DNA from: Candidatus Amesbacteria bacterium RIFCSPLOWO2_01_FULL_49_25
Lineage (GTDB): Bacteria > Patescibacteriota > Microgenomatia > CAZETR01 > Amesbacteraceae
DNA: 64,000 bases
NCBI GenBank assembly: GCA_001773725.1
Contig: MEXP01000009.1
Span: forward strand, 5,073-69,072
Direction of reading: 5' to 3'
In this document: piece by piece, positions 9,559-21,986 of the stretch
Layout of the letters: each line of letters begins with the position of its first letter
Position numbering within the stretch: position 1 is the first letter of the stretch
Notes under the pieces: model-generated
Seen by the model: the letters and a program-made list of their open reading frames with translations, nothing else
What the model was told of the DNA's origin: nothing
Database searches by the model: none
Made by a program: the position numbers and the translations under genes

Positions 9559-10376
9559 TAAATGGACTTGACGAGAAATATTTTGGAATAAATGTCAAAC
9601 AGTAGTACGCCGAGTGTGATACCCAGCTCACGACGCATTGTGCTTGAAAGCAAGTCATAGTACTTCTTTTTATCTTGGTGAGCTTGACGGATTTGGACAA
9701 ATGTATTGCTGGATTGGGAATAGCTGTAATTGATCAGACGGCGGGGAAGTATGGCTAAATTTCCATATCTTGTGACTTCGAAAGTAAATTTCCAATCTTC
9801 ACAGAACTTGTATCTGACATCGAAACGCAAATTCCTGAGAAATGAAGCGTTGTATATGGTTTGCGAGACCTGGCAAAGATACACAAAAGATCTGGGAACA
9901 TTACCAGAGTTGAAATAGAAAAAGAGACCTAAGGAAGCTTCTTTCAGCACATTAAAAAGTAAAAGACGGATTTTGGAAAAGAACGACATACCCGGTTCAA
10001 AGACGAGGCGCATGAGAGTCATAACCGCCGCACAGTCCGGGTGGTGGAGCAAAAAGCCGAGGGCTGATGGCAAGAAATCGGGTTGCCAATAGTCGTCTGA
10101 GTCTAAAAAGGCTACAAAGGGGGTGGAGACGAACTTCAATCCGATATTTCGAGCGTTGGCCGGACCGCGACTGTGGGGTAGACGAATTATTTTGATTCGG
10201 TTGGGATGTGTTTTTGACTTGATCGAGAGAGGAATATCTGATCCGTCATCTATAATGACGATCCGAGATAACACTGGTTGTTTCAGAATCGACTCGACTG
10301 ACCGGACAAGCAAGGCCTGCCTATTTTTGGCCGGAATTATGACGGTGACTTGTGCCTCGGGAGGTGTATTTGGCAT
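9558..10376 (-). CDS. GT2 family glycosyltransferase
   Basis: N-terminal 'VTVIIPAKNRQALLVRSVESIL...IVIIDDGSD' and DXD 'FLDSDDYW'. Confidence 0.85.
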   Translation of the reverse strand: MPNTPPEAQVTVIIPAKNRQALLVRSVESILKQPVLSRIVIIDDGSDIPLSIKSKTHPNRIKIIRLPHSRGPANARNIGLKFVSTPFVAFLDSDDYWQPDFLPSALGFLLHHPDCAAVMTLMRLVFEPGMSFFSKIRLLLFNVLKEASLGLFFYFNSGNVPRSFVYLCQVSQTIYNASFLRNLRFDVRYKFCEDWKFTFEVTRYGNLAILPRRLINYSYSQSSNTFVQIRQAHQDKKKYYDLLSSTMRRELGITLGVLLFDIYSKIFLVKSI

Positions 10377-11127
10377 AAATTATTCCAATATCCGTTTCCA
10401 ACGGGTGGGGTTTAATTTTGACAGTGAAGCCCGATGAGCGCAAAAAGTCAACCAATTCGGGGTGGCGATGAGAGCTTAAGCTGTCGTGATATTCGATGAT
10501 AGCATGTCGAATACGAGAGAGTAACCTTTGAGGAAGGGACATGAGGATGTCATATTCTGAGCCTTCACAATCTAACTTTAGAATATCGCAAACGGTGATG
10601 TCGTACTGCTTAAATATTGAAGCGAGGGTGGTTGTACGAACTTTCTCTATCGATGAACCCGGCCTGGCTGGAAAAAGACTGGATAAACCACTGGCGGGCT
10701 GACTATAAAACTGCCGTTCACCATTGTGGTTTGATACCGCTTGCTGAATGGTGAGAACATGGCCTAGTCCATTGAGCTGCACGTTCTTTTGGAGCAGGGA
10801 GTAAGTTTTTCTAGCCGGCTCGAAGGCTAAGACTTTGGACTGGGGATAGGCTTTAGAGGCGACGAAGGAAAAAGTGCCGATGTTGGCACCGACGTCTATA
10901 ATCCAATGTGGACGGGGAATTCGGGGAAGAGGGTAGTGGCCGTCAATGATTATTTCTTTGATAGTGAGAGCGTCCAGAAAGTGGGTTATTTTGAATTGGG
11001 CACCTGAACGAAGTCGAAGCAAAGATTCCGAAATTAAGCCCAAATACAAGAGAACAATTTCATGCCAGTTTGTGATTTCTCTGGCAATGGGAAATATCTG
11101 GAGATAATAGCGGATTTTTTTAAACAT
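10321..11127 (-). CDS. FkbM-family SAM-dependent methyltransferase (sugar O-methyltransferase-like)
   Basis: 'IIDVGANIGTFSFVASKAYPQSKVLAFEPARKTYSLLQKNVQLNG' and 'LKLDCEGSEYDIL' are hallmark FkbM (Methyltransf_21) motifs. Confidence 0.85.
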   Translation of the reverse strand: MFKKIRYYLQIFPIAREITNWHEIVLLYLGLISESLLRLRSGAQFKITHFLDALTIKEIIIDGHYPLPRIPRPHWIIDVGANIGTFSFVASKAYPQSKVLAFEPARKTYSLLQKNVQLNGLGHVLTIQQAVSNHNGERQFYSQPASGLSSLFPARPGSSIEKVRTTTLASIFKQYDITVCDILKLDCEGSEYDILMSLPQRLLSRIRHAIIEYHDSLSSHRHPELVDFLRSSGFTVKIKPHPLETDIGIIYAKYTSRGTSHRHNSGQK

Positions 11128-12178
11128 CTGGCAGTCTATTAACTAAATGGGTCTTGACCGTCTCTACGAAAAAGACCCAGAGGAAGAGGGTGTTGGTTAG
11201 GCTGGCCAGAAAGAGTTTAGTTCCCATGCGGCTGTCCGGCAGCCAAAAGATCAAAAAGGCGAGAGCCGCGGCAAAGATAAGAAAAAAGGGAACTATGATG
11301 AACTTGCTCAGGAAAATTGAAACTCGCGAAGTCTTCTTTTCAATTGCCGATTTCAACAGTTCTAATAGAAGAAGACAGAGTCCAAGGGTAAAGACCAAGT
11401 ACACAAGAAAGAAGAAAACAGCAAAGTTTGACGGGTATATGTAGATAGCAATCAACGGCAAGAGAGCAATAAGGGGGTAAAGAATTTGTGGCTTGAGTAA
11501 AACTATGGCTTTGAGATGCCGCCAGCCGTCGGACCAAGTGGAAAGGTGCGGAGGTTTGTCACGTTGATCTTTTTTAAACGTTATCGGTACTTCCATGTAA
11601 CTCCCATTTTTGAGAGCGGTTTTCAAAAGCAGTTCGCTCGCCCACTCCATGCCGGAATTTCTCATATTTAACGATTTGTAGAAAGACTTCTTTACCAAGC
11701 GCATGCCCGAGTTGCAGTCCGAAGTATGAATTGAATAAATAATTCTAATTAGAGAGGACAGAATGGGTGTTCCCAGATAGCGATGGAGGACGGGCATGGC
11801 TCCGGGTTCGATGTTGCCGGTTAAGCGAGAGCCGAGGACCAAATCTGGGTGTAAGTTGAGAGTTTCTTTAAATTTTTCCAGATTTGAAAAGGGATAGCTA
11901 AGGTCGGCATCTGCATAAAGAACATACTGACCCCTGCTTCTGAGAATCCCTCCGTGCAAGGCTGCGCCATAACCGCGAATTGGTATGTGGACCACGTTTT
12001 CAAATTTGGCTTTATTGAGGGATTCTAGTGTCCCATCCGTGCTACCGTTGTCGGCGACTATTATTTCGAAATCGGAAGGAAAGAATTTCCGACAGTTTTT
12101 TTTGGCATCTGATATTACTTGCAATATTGTGGACGCCTCATTGAGGCAAGGAATAACTATGCTAATGAATGGTCCCAT
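11120..12178 (-). CDS. GtrB/ArnC/DPM1-like GT2 polyprenyl-phosphate sugar synthase with C-terminal TM helices
   Basis: 'ISIVIPCLNEASTI', 'IIVADNGSTDGT', 'YADADLSYP', followed by ~2-3 hydrophobic helices at the C-terminus (architecture of GtrB/CsbB/ArnC). Confidence 0.8.
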   Translation of the reverse strand: MGPFISIVIPCLNEASTILQVISDAKKNCRKFFPSDFEIIVADNGSTDGTLESLNKAKFENVVHIPIRGYGAALHGGILRSRGQYVLYADADLSYPFSNLEKFKETLNLHPDLVLGSRLTGNIEPGAMPVLHRYLGTPILSSLIRIIYSIHTSDCNSGMRLVKKSFYKSLNMRNSGMEWASELLLKTALKNGSYMEVPITFKKDQRDKPPHLSTWSDGWRHLKAIVLLKPQILYPLIALLPLIAIYIYPSNFAVFFFLVYLVFTLGLCLLLLELLKSAIEKKTSRVSIFLSKFIIVPFFLIFAAALAFLIFWLPDSRMGTKLFLASLTNTLFLWVFFVETVKTHLVNRLPDV

Positions 12179-12194
12179 TCTAGTTGTAAATTTT

Positions 12195-13373
12195 ATGTTT
12201 GATCATATAATTTGTCCAATGAAAAGGTATTATTACCGCGATCTGGAAAAATTGATCCAATTTGTCAGGCCGACGACAGTTTGGCAGAACTTGGTGGGAG
12301 AGATGGAAGATATTCAAACCGAATTAGTGAAACTATTAAAAAAGAGTAAGCCAGAGGACAGGTTGTTGATCGTTTATTATAACCATTTATGGGAACCTGT
12401 GCTGAAGTTGGCATCGATATTGGGATGGAGAAAGAAATTGCCGGAGCAGAATTGGCTGGACGATAAAGATTTGGGAAATATTTGTAATCTGGCAGGTTGG
12501 GAGGTAGTTACCAGTCAGAAAAGAATGCTGCTGCCGGTGGAAATTCCTTTGTTATCAGACTTTACTAATAAATGGCTGGCGCACTTGCCGATGTTTAATT
12601 GGCTATGTCTGACGACGTGGCTGGTGGCCCGGCCAAAGCCAACGAATAGAAGAGATTACTCTGTTTCGATTATCGTTCCAGCAAGAAACGAGGAAGGTAA
12701 TATCCCCGGGATACCGAAAAGCATTCCAAAGTTTGGAAAATGGCAGGAAATAATTTTCGTGGAAGGAGGCTCCAAGGATGACACCTGGGGAGCTATTACA
12801 AAGCTCAAGAAGCAAAGTACAAGGTTTAGGATAAAGGCTTATAAGCAAAAAGGCACTGGGAAGGCGGATGCCATGCGTCTGGGTTTAAAAAGAGCTACTG
12901 GGGAAATATTGATGATATTGGATGGGGATGTGACAGTGAATCCTAAAGATCTGCCAAAGTTTTATGAAGTGCTGGCATCTGGATTGGGAGAGTTTGCTAA
13001 CGGAAACCGAATGATGTATCCCCAGGAACGGGAAGCGATGAGAATGTTGAATAAGGTCGGAAATAAGGTATTCGGGTGGCTTTTAACATTAATACTCGGA
13101 CAGACATTCAGAGACACATTATGCGGGACCAAAGCCGTATTCAAACGAGATTATTTGCGGATCGTTAAAAACAGAAAAATGTTTGGTAATTTTGATCCTT
13201 ATGGTGATTTTGACTTGATATTTGGAGCTGTGAAATTGGGTCTGAAATCAGTAGATGTGCCGGTAAAATATAGAGAAAGAACATATGGGTCGACAAATAT
13301 CAGCAGGTTTATGCACGGTTGGTTGTTAGCCAAAATGTCTTGGTTTGGTTTTTTAAAGTTTAAGGCTTGGTAA
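12195..13373 (+). CDS. GT2 family glycosyltransferase with ~200-aa N-terminal extension of unknown function
   Basis: C-terminal half has 'SVSIIVPARNEEGNI', 'IFVEGGSKDDT', 'ILMILDGDVTV'; the ORF track starts at 11985 but that overlaps the divergent gene by ~190 bp; 12159/12165/12195 are candidate starts. Confidence 0.7.
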   Translation: MFDHIICPMKRYYYRDLEKLIQFVRPTTVWQNLVGEMEDIQTELVKLLKKSKPEDRLLIVYYNHLWEPVLKLASILGWRKKLPEQNWLDDKDLGNICNLAGWEVVTSQKRMLLPVEIPLLSDFTNKWLAHLPMFNWLCLTTWLVARPKPTNRRDYSVSIIVPARNEEGNIPGIPKSIPKFGKWQEIIFVEGGSKDDTWGAITKLKKQSTRFRIKAYKQKGTGKADAMRLGLKRATGEILMILDGDVTVNPKDLPKFYEVLASGLGEFANGNRMMYPQEREAMRMLNKVGNKVFGWLLTLILGQTFRDTLCGTKAVFKRDYLRIVKNRKMFGNFDPYGDFDLIFGAVKLGLKSVDVPVKYRERTYGSTNISRFMHGWLLAKMSWFGFLKFKAW

Positions 13374-14848
13374 GACAGTGGTCGGATTCTATTGAGGCGG
13401 ATCCGTTGGTGTTGGGTATGGGAATGTATTTAAACTGACGATCGGGAAAACGGGCAATGAATTGCTGGGCAAGTGTGGTTCGAGTATAAAATCTATCCCA
13501 ACATTCTTTAAATAGATTCTGCTCTTCTATAAGACTGTAATCAATGAGGTCAGGCCGCTTGGCTAATTCATTGGTAAATAATCCCCCTGCCCAGACCCGA
13601 CTCCAGAGGCGGGCGAAATCAACAGCTTCTCCAATTTGCCACATATCGGCTTTTTGAGGAGGGTTTTGCATTACGTAACTACTAAGATTTTTCGCCCATG
13701 AAAGAGTACGATTAAGTGAGGAACCGTACTGAATAAAACTGGTTACAGCCAATGCCAAAAGGAGAGAAACCGGTAATACTTTGACAATTCGAGGTAAATA
13801 CGAAAAATAATAAGAGATTGAAAATATGATCATGAGATAGTTTGCCAGTTGGTAATGGCTGAGCGGATATTTAGAGAATAGTAGAGTACCCGCAATGCCT
13901 GAGAATAATAGTGAAACAAATTCGGGAACAAGTTTACGTTTAAGTGCGGAAACAAAAATAGCGGAAATTACTCCGAAAGTGATAATGTACCCAGCTGCAA
14001 ATTCCCTGTTTATTAAGGTTTTGATTGAATCAAGGTATAGGGGCATATCAAAAAAGGTGTTTTTTCCTCCTCCATGAATTTCGGAGAAAGAAGCTAGTCT
14101 TAACGACCAACTGAATAACGCAAAATACTGGTTATGAATCGGCCAGGTTGCAATGAGGAAGCCGCACAGCGCCAAAAATGATGATATAAGCGTAAGAAAC
14201 GCTCGTTTGGGAAATGAGTACTTGACGTTTAACAATGGCAAGCTGCACGAGAAAGCGACGAGAAACAAGTTGGTAAACTTATTGCCGATAAGAATTCCAG
14301 ATATGAGGGGAAGTAATAACATTAAAAACAGGGGCTTGTTTTGCCGATAGTAAGCAAAAAGAAAGAAAAATGCAGAGATGATAAAGAAGGAAGTTGTTTC
14401 CGGAACGATAGCTGATCCGAAATAAAGAACTGGACTGTAGACGATGATGGCCAGCCATGTAAAAATTGCGCTAATTAATGACTTGGTTATTTTTAAAACC
14501 GAATAAACATAAATAAAGACAGCAGTTGATAGCAATACGCTTTGAAAAAGCCTAAGGTAGACCAGGACAAAACTGTAGTGAATGAATGACCAAGTGACGA
14601 AGGTTGTTTGAGCGAATAATTTAAGGTAAATCCGTAAAGGCCAGAGGAAAAAAGCAAGGAGGCGGATAGTCGGTGTACCGGGATGATCTACGTAATGAAT
14701 TAGGCCAGAGGAAATGTACGAAATTGCGTTCGCAGTATAAACTACATCCGGGTCGAGTAAAAAAACTGCCGATTCACTACCGGCGCGTGTAAGATAGTAT
14801 GTAGAAAAGGCTCCGGTAATGGCGGAAATTACGATAACGACAAAGAGT

Positions 14849-14877
<29 letters not shown>
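13360..14877 (-). CDS. Large polytopic membrane protein of unknown function with C-terminal soluble domain (possible GT-C transferase/polymerase)
   Basis: ~11 hydrophobic segments, 'HYVDHPGTP' loop after TM1, C-terminal ~130 aa hydrophilic; no confident family. Confidence 0.4.
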
Positions 14878-17158
<2,281 letters not shown>

Positions 17159-17160
17159 GG

Positions 17161-18138
17161 TCAGACTCGGGCGCGCCAGTAGTTGAGAGTGTCCAGAAGA
17201 GTTTGCTCGAATTTAATCCGAGGTTTCCAGCCTGTCTTGGACCGAAATTTGGAGCTGTCCCCGACCAACAAAGGAACGTCGGATGGGCGGATCCGGCTTT
17301 GATCTGCCACGATTTTTATTTTTTGGACACGACTATACTCCAGTAATTTGTCCAGCACGTTTTTTATCACCCAGGCTTTGTCTGAGCTGATGTTGTAAAC
17401 GTCCCCCGGGGTACATTTCAGGACTGATAGATAATATCCTCTCACCATGTCTCTGACGTCAGTAAAATCCCTTTGGGCATTTAAGTTTCCCACCATAATT
17501 CGGGAAGACTGGAGTTTTTTCTCTATTAAGGCGATTTGTTTGGCAAAGTTTGATGCGACAAAGACGTCTCCGCGTCGGGGACCTTCGTGATTAAAACCAC
17601 GAGTGCGAACAATTTTTAATCCATAACTTTTAAAGTACTGGTATCCCATAAAGTCCATGGCGGCTTTAGAAACGGCATAGGGAGAGAGGGGCCGCAGGGG
17701 ATTTGTTTCCTTGATGGGTGTCTCATGAGGCAAAACCAGTCCGTATTCTTCACTGGAGCAAGCTATTTGAATGACAGGGTCAATTTGGGCTGTTCTAACA
17801 GCCTCGAATAAATTGCATGAACCTATCACATTAGTTTCCAGTGTGGCTGACGGTGATGTCCAAGACGCTGGAACGTAACTTTGGCCGGCCAAGTGAAAAA
17901 TATAAGTTGGACGAATAAACATCATCACGTCCTGAATAGACCTGAGGTCCAACAAGTCTGCTTCAACCAGATGGATTCGCCCATTTAAGTGTTCTATGTG
18001 TTCTGAGCGGGACCGCCACCTGACGATGCCGTAGACTTCATATCCTTCTTTGAGAAGCAATTCAGCAAGGTGTGATCCGGCGAAGCCTGTTATTCCGGTA
18101 ATCAGGGTTTTCTTATGGTCTTTTTTTTGTTTTGGCAT
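17161..18138 (-). CDS. gmd: GDP-mannose 4,6-dehydratase
   Basis: 'KTLITGITGFAGSHLAELLLKEGYEVYGI', 'SPYAVSKAAMDF', 'GFNHEGPRRGDVFV', 'VGNLNAQRDFTDVRD', 'RPSDVPLLVGDSSKFRSKTGWKP' match Gmd hallmark blocks. Confidence 0.85.
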   Translation of the reverse strand: MPKQKKDHKKTLITGITGFAGSHLAELLLKEGYEVYGIVRWRSRSEHIEHLNGRIHLVEADLLDLRSIQDVMMFIRPTYIFHLAGQSYVPASWTSPSATLETNVIGSCNLFEAVRTAQIDPVIQIACSSEEYGLVLPHETPIKETNPLRPLSPYAVSKAAMDFMGYQYFKSYGLKIVRTRGFNHEGPRRGDVFVASNFAKQIALIEKKLQSSRIMVGNLNAQRDFTDVRDMVRGYYLSVLKCTPGDVYNISSDKAWVIKNVLDKLLEYSRVQKIKIVADQSRIRPSDVPLLVGDSSKFRSKTGWKPRIKFEQTLLDTLNYWRARV

Positions 18139-18466
18139 TTTTATAAGCGATATTTCTGGAAATTTCCTCTATTTGCCGTTGGAGAGATTTTATACCAACA
18201 TGATTCTGAAAACCCAGATATGCCAATATCATGAAGGCTACTATCGATAAAAGATCCATGGCTCGAGTGACAAACAGCCTGGCTAATATGGGATCTAGTA
18301 TCCGGGGGTTAAGAGCAAAATAGGTGAACGACACCCAAACCAATAACCAGTACACAAACTCTCGGCGAGTAATGTTCCCCTGTTTGCGATGGACGAACGC
18401 CACATATAGCATAAATGCGGCAAACATGACGGCAATGATTTGTATTCCTAGGAGAGCCTCCACCAT
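18113..18466 (-). CDS. Small 4-TM membrane protein, DUF2304-like
   Basis: 117 aa, hydrophobic helices with 'GNITRREFVYWLLVW' spacing; such proteins typically flank DPM1/GtrB-like GT2 genes. Confidence 0.5.
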   Translation of the reverse strand: MVEALLGIQIIAVMFAAFMLYVAFVHRKQGNITRREFVYWLLVWVSFTYFALNPRILDPILARLFVTRAMDLLSIVAFMILAYLGFQNHVGIKSLQRQIEEISRNIAYKNAKTKKRP

Positions 18467-19113
18467 ATAGTATTTGCAAGAATTTTTAGTGCGTCTATTA
18501 TGGACGTGCCTTTGTATTTGTCAATGTAGATGGGTTCGATGGGAAATTCAGTATATTTTAATAGGTGTTTATTTTTTCCCAGCTTGGCAATCATTTCCGT
18601 TTCAACACCATACCGAGGTGATGTCCATTTTAAAAGTTGATATGCCCTGAATGAAAGAGCCCTAAATCCGGATATCAAATCTGAAACGTATACGCCAAAG
18701 AGGACATTGATATAAATTGAGGCTAATTTATTGCCGAAGAGCCTGACGAATGGGGTGTGTAAAGACGGACGGCGCGAACCGATGACCACGTCAAACTTTT
18801 GATTGAGCAGATGGATAAACATGCTTATGTCTTGGGGTAAATGTTGGCCGTCTGTATCCATGAAGATTATAGCCTCGGCTTTGTGAGAGAAAGCGTATTC
18901 AGCGCCGGTTTTTAAGGCAGATCCTTTTCCCAGGTTGACAGGGTGACGAAGCAGAGTGACCGTTTTTGACTGGGTAGGGATTTGGACCGGTTGAACCGAA
19001 CCGTCATCGATAACCACAATATTTAAGTGGGGATGGAGTGAGAGGATAGCCGTTAAGACATCTACAAATCTAGCCCCCTCGTTGTAAACCGGCAATATTA
19101 ACCAAATGTTCAT
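18448..19113 (-). CDS. DPM1-like GT2 glycosyltransferase (polyprenyl-phosphate hexose synthase-like, soluble)
   Basis: 'IWLILPVYNEGARF', 'IVVIDDGSVQP', 'FMDTDGQHLPQDI'; start set at MNIWLIL. Confidence 0.8.
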   Translation of the reverse strand: MNIWLILPVYNEGARFVDVLTAILSLHPHLNIVVIDDGSVQPVQIPTQSKTVTLLRHPVNLGKGSALKTGAEYAFSHKAEAIIFMDTDGQHLPQDISMFIHLLNQKFDVVIGSRRPSLHTPFVRLFGNKLASIYINVLFGVYVSDLISGFRALSFRAYQLLKWTSPRYGVETEMIAKLGKNKHLLKYTEFPIEPIYIDKYKGTSIIDALKILANTIWWRLS

Positions 19114-19117
19114 ATTC

Positions 19118-20224
19118 TCATCCAACCCAATAGCCCCGAACAAACAGTGCTACCACCTCAAAAAAGAATAAAGCCAGGATCGCAAAAAAGAAGAGACGGA
19201 AGCGTGGTTTGGCGCTAGCTATCTGACCCAAGATAATAAAAGACGGAAAGCAGGCAAGTACATATCTTGGGAGAGAGACGAAACTGCCGGTAAAAGTGGG
19301 TACTAAGTAAGCTGCCAAATTAAAAATTATGTAAGAAGGGCGAATTTTTTTGAATGCAGATAAAATTGTTGTGAATAAAAACATTAAAGCGGTAACCAAT
19401 TCCAGCCAGAGGGTGTAATAAATAGGGTCGGTTTTGGTTACGGTAACCACCATTCTGGTGTACCGGTAAAAAACCTGAGGAAGAAGGATAATTCGCTCAC
19501 TTCTAAACTGCCCGTAGAGTTTTTGGACGTGAATGAAAGCCAGGGAATCACCGACAGTATTTTGCAAAAAAAGCATATATGAAATCAATCCTAAAGGAAC
19601 TAAAAAAGCTGGTAATAGGCCAATCAGGCTGCGCCTTTGCTGCCAAAACTCTAATAGAAGAGCGGGAAACATAAAAATACCCACGAAGCGAGTGTTGGCC
19701 GCTAAGGCGCCCAGGACGGCCGCAATCCACCAGCGGCGGGCACGAGCATAGTAAAAGGAGGACAATACTAAAAGTATAAATAAACTTTCGGTATATACAG
19801 CGCCAAAATAAAAACTGGTGGGAAATGCGAGCAGGGCTAAAAGCGAATACCTGGCCGCTGCTGAAGAATAATCTAACTCAATCAGACGAACAAAAAAAAT
19901 GCATGCAAATAGAAACGCAACGGAAGAAATTATTACCCCAGTTAGAGTGTCGTTTTTAATCTGGGGAATCAAGAGTTTCATAATATTCGGGTAAAGCGGG
20001 AAGAAGGCCTCTTCGGCATAGCCGTACCCGTTTTTGGCAATCCTGATGTAATGGTTGCCGTCGAAATTGGCCCGGGAGTATAAAAGTGGATTCTGCAAAA
20101 ATGTCTTTGTACCAATGCCCAAATAAGTTTCTCTCAGGGGCAATAGTTTGGGGGCCAATATGGCAATGACTATGATCGCTAGTTGCCAAATCGAGTAGTA
20201 TTTAATTATTGTCTTTGTCTTCAT
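19118..20224 (-). CDS. Polytopic membrane protein resembling PIG-V/Gpi18-type mannosyltransferase (GT76-like)
   Basis: 'ANFDGNHYIRIAKNGYGYAEEAFFPLYP' matches the W/FDxxHYLxIAxxGY...E..AFFPLxP signature of PIG-V family; ~9 TM. Confidence 0.5.
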   Translation of the reverse strand: MKTKTIIKYYSIWQLAIIVIAILAPKLLPLRETYLGIGTKTFLQNPLLYSRANFDGNHYIRIAKNGYGYAEEAFFPLYPNIMKLLIPQIKNDTLTGVIISSVAFLFACIFFVRLIELDYSSAAARYSLLALLAFPTSFYFGAVYTESLFILLVLSSFYYARARRWWIAAVLGALAANTRFVGIFMFPALLLEFWQQRRSLIGLLPAFLVPLGLISYMLFLQNTVGDSLAFIHVQKLYGQFRSERIILLPQVFYRYTRMVVTVTKTDPIYYTLWLELVTALMFLFTTILSAFKKIRPSYIIFNLAAYLVPTFTGSFVSLPRYVLACFPSFIILGQIASAKPRFRLFFFAILALFFFEVVALFVRGYWVG

Positions 20225-21210
20225 AGTAATTCCTCATAAACCATTAAAGTTTGGCTGGCGGTTTTTTCCCAGGAAAAGGTGTTGACGACGACTCTTTTTT
20301 GCTTAATGGCCGCAGATAGGCTTGAGACGATGTTATCTACGCTGTAAGGGTCGAAGTAAACTACTGTGTCGCCGGCGACTTCTGGTAGAGATCCGGACCG
20401 ACTGCAGGCAACGGGCGTGCCACAGGCTTGCGCTTCCAAAACCGGCAAGCCGAAACCTTCGGATAACGACGGCTGGCAGTAAACAGAGGCAAGGTTATAT
20501 ATATCAACCAAGTCGTCAACAAATCCCAGGCGGGTAACTCCGGACCAATTAATATCCCGTAAATGCCGGAGTTCGGGATGGGATAAATTTAATTTCTCCA
20601 TTTCCAAGGCTTGTTTTCCGACTATCACGAGGGGAAGACTTAATTTTTTACATGCCTGAACCAGTAAGGGAATGTTCTTGTTGTAGTTGATGTCGCCGAC
20701 GTAGAGAACAAATTTGGAAGGTAAATTATATTTGTTTGCCGGGTGAGGAATTTTTTTAAACACGGGGTCGGCGGCTAGATGAACAAGGCGGAGCTTGTGC
20801 GGAGGGACACCCAAAAACTTGTTTATATTGGTTAGGGAGTAAAAAGAGTCGGTAATGACCCGGTCGACGTTGGATAAAGATAGTTTCTGAAACTGTAAAT
20901 TTATCCATCCGCGAACGCCCGGAGGGTAATGGTCGGGGAACACCAGGGGTATGACGTCATGGATAGTGACCACTGTTTTAGTACTTTTTATTATGGGTAA
21001 AGAGGCTGTAAACAGATCAAAAAACGGGTAGTGCACAATATCTAAATTTGAATTTCTAAATTCTAAATAACTTCCGATTTCTAATATTTCAAATCCTAAA
21101 TCAGAAGCCATTGGTTTCATGTGATTCAAGAGTCTTTTGGTATAGAAACCGACGCCGCGGACGGCGTGACCTGAAGAAAGTGGGGTAATGACGAAACCAA
21201 CTCGGGTCAT
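20221..21210 (-). CDS. GT4 family (group 1) glycosyltransferase
   Basis: C-terminal 'SLSEGFGLPVLEAQACGTPVACSRSGSLPEV' (EX7E-type GT4 motif); alternative start MTRVGF chosen for ATGA overlap with next gene. Confidence 0.85.
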   Translation of the reverse strand: MTRVGFVITPLSSGHAVRGVGFYTKRLLNHMKPMASDLGFEILEIGSYLEFRNSNLDIVHYPFFDLFTASLPIIKSTKTVVTIHDVIPLVFPDHYPPGVRGWINLQFQKLSLSNVDRVITDSFYSLTNINKFLGVPPHKLRLVHLAADPVFKKIPHPANKYNLPSKFVLYVGDINYNKNIPLLVQACKKLSLPLVIVGKQALEMEKLNLSHPELRHLRDINWSGVTRLGFVDDLVDIYNLASVYCQPSLSEGFGLPVLEAQACGTPVACSRSGSLPEVAGDTVVYFDPYSVDNIVSSLSAAIKQKRVVVNTFSWEKTASQTLMVYEELL

Positions 21211-21986
21211 GATGGATACTTGGTATGCTGCCAATACTTGATATAGGACACGGGGTGGATGAGCCCTGAGAAAACAGCGAAAATAAATCCGGGCGTGCCA
21301 TCGACATAGCCGCGGTGACGAATGTAAATGCCCAGGAAAGTTGATAGGGGTTTGAGAAAGAGATACAGAAAAGTATTTGTTAACCCAAAATTAACTTTTT
21401 TGTTTTCAAGTTGTGAAGAAATGAACGAGCTGTAGCGATTGAAGCCTTCCATATATTTTTCGAAACTGGTATCCCGGTAGTGGAGAAGATCATGCTTGAG
21501 ATGACCGATTGGTGGTTCAACGGTGGCTTGTTCGTGTACATCCTTGGCGGGGAGCCGACCGAGGCCGCGGCGATAAAGACGAAGAGTAGGATCGGGATAC
21601 TGACCTCCCTTGGATAAAAAGCGAGTAAGAAACCAATTACGACGATTGATCCAGTACCCATTGATTGGTGATTGTCCATCTTTGATTGCTATGGTGATTT
21701 CTTGTGCCAACTCCGGGGAAACGACCTCGTCTGCGTCCAACTGCAATATCCATTCACCTTTCGCATTATCGATGGAGACGTTCTTGGTGATATGGAAGTT
21801 GTCCTGATGAGAAACTGGTATCACTCTGGTGCCAAATTTTTTGGCAATTTCTACTGTTTTGTCAGTTGATTTTTCATCGGCTATGACTATCTCATCAGCG
21901 ATTGTTTTGACAGACTCTAAACAGCGGCCAAGTTTTTCTTGTTCGTTACGCGCGGCCAAAACAACTGATAATTTGAGAGTTTTCAT
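21207..21986 (-). CDS. GT2 family glycosyltransferase
   Basis: 'LSVVLAARNEQEKLGRCLESVKTIADEIVIADEKSTDKT', 'ILQLDADEVV'. Confidence 0.85.
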   Translation of the reverse strand: MKTLKLSVVLAARNEQEKLGRCLESVKTIADEIVIADEKSTDKTVEIAKKFGTRVIPVSHQDNFHITKNVSIDNAKGEWILQLDADEVVSPELAQEITIAIKDGQSPINGYWINRRNWFLTRFLSKGGQYPDPTLRLYRRGLGRLPAKDVHEQATVEPPIGHLKHDLLHYRDTSFEKYMEGFNRYSSFISSQLENKKVNFGLTNTFLYLFLKPLSTFLGIYIRHRGYVDGTPGFIFAVFSGLIHPVSYIKYWQHTKYPS

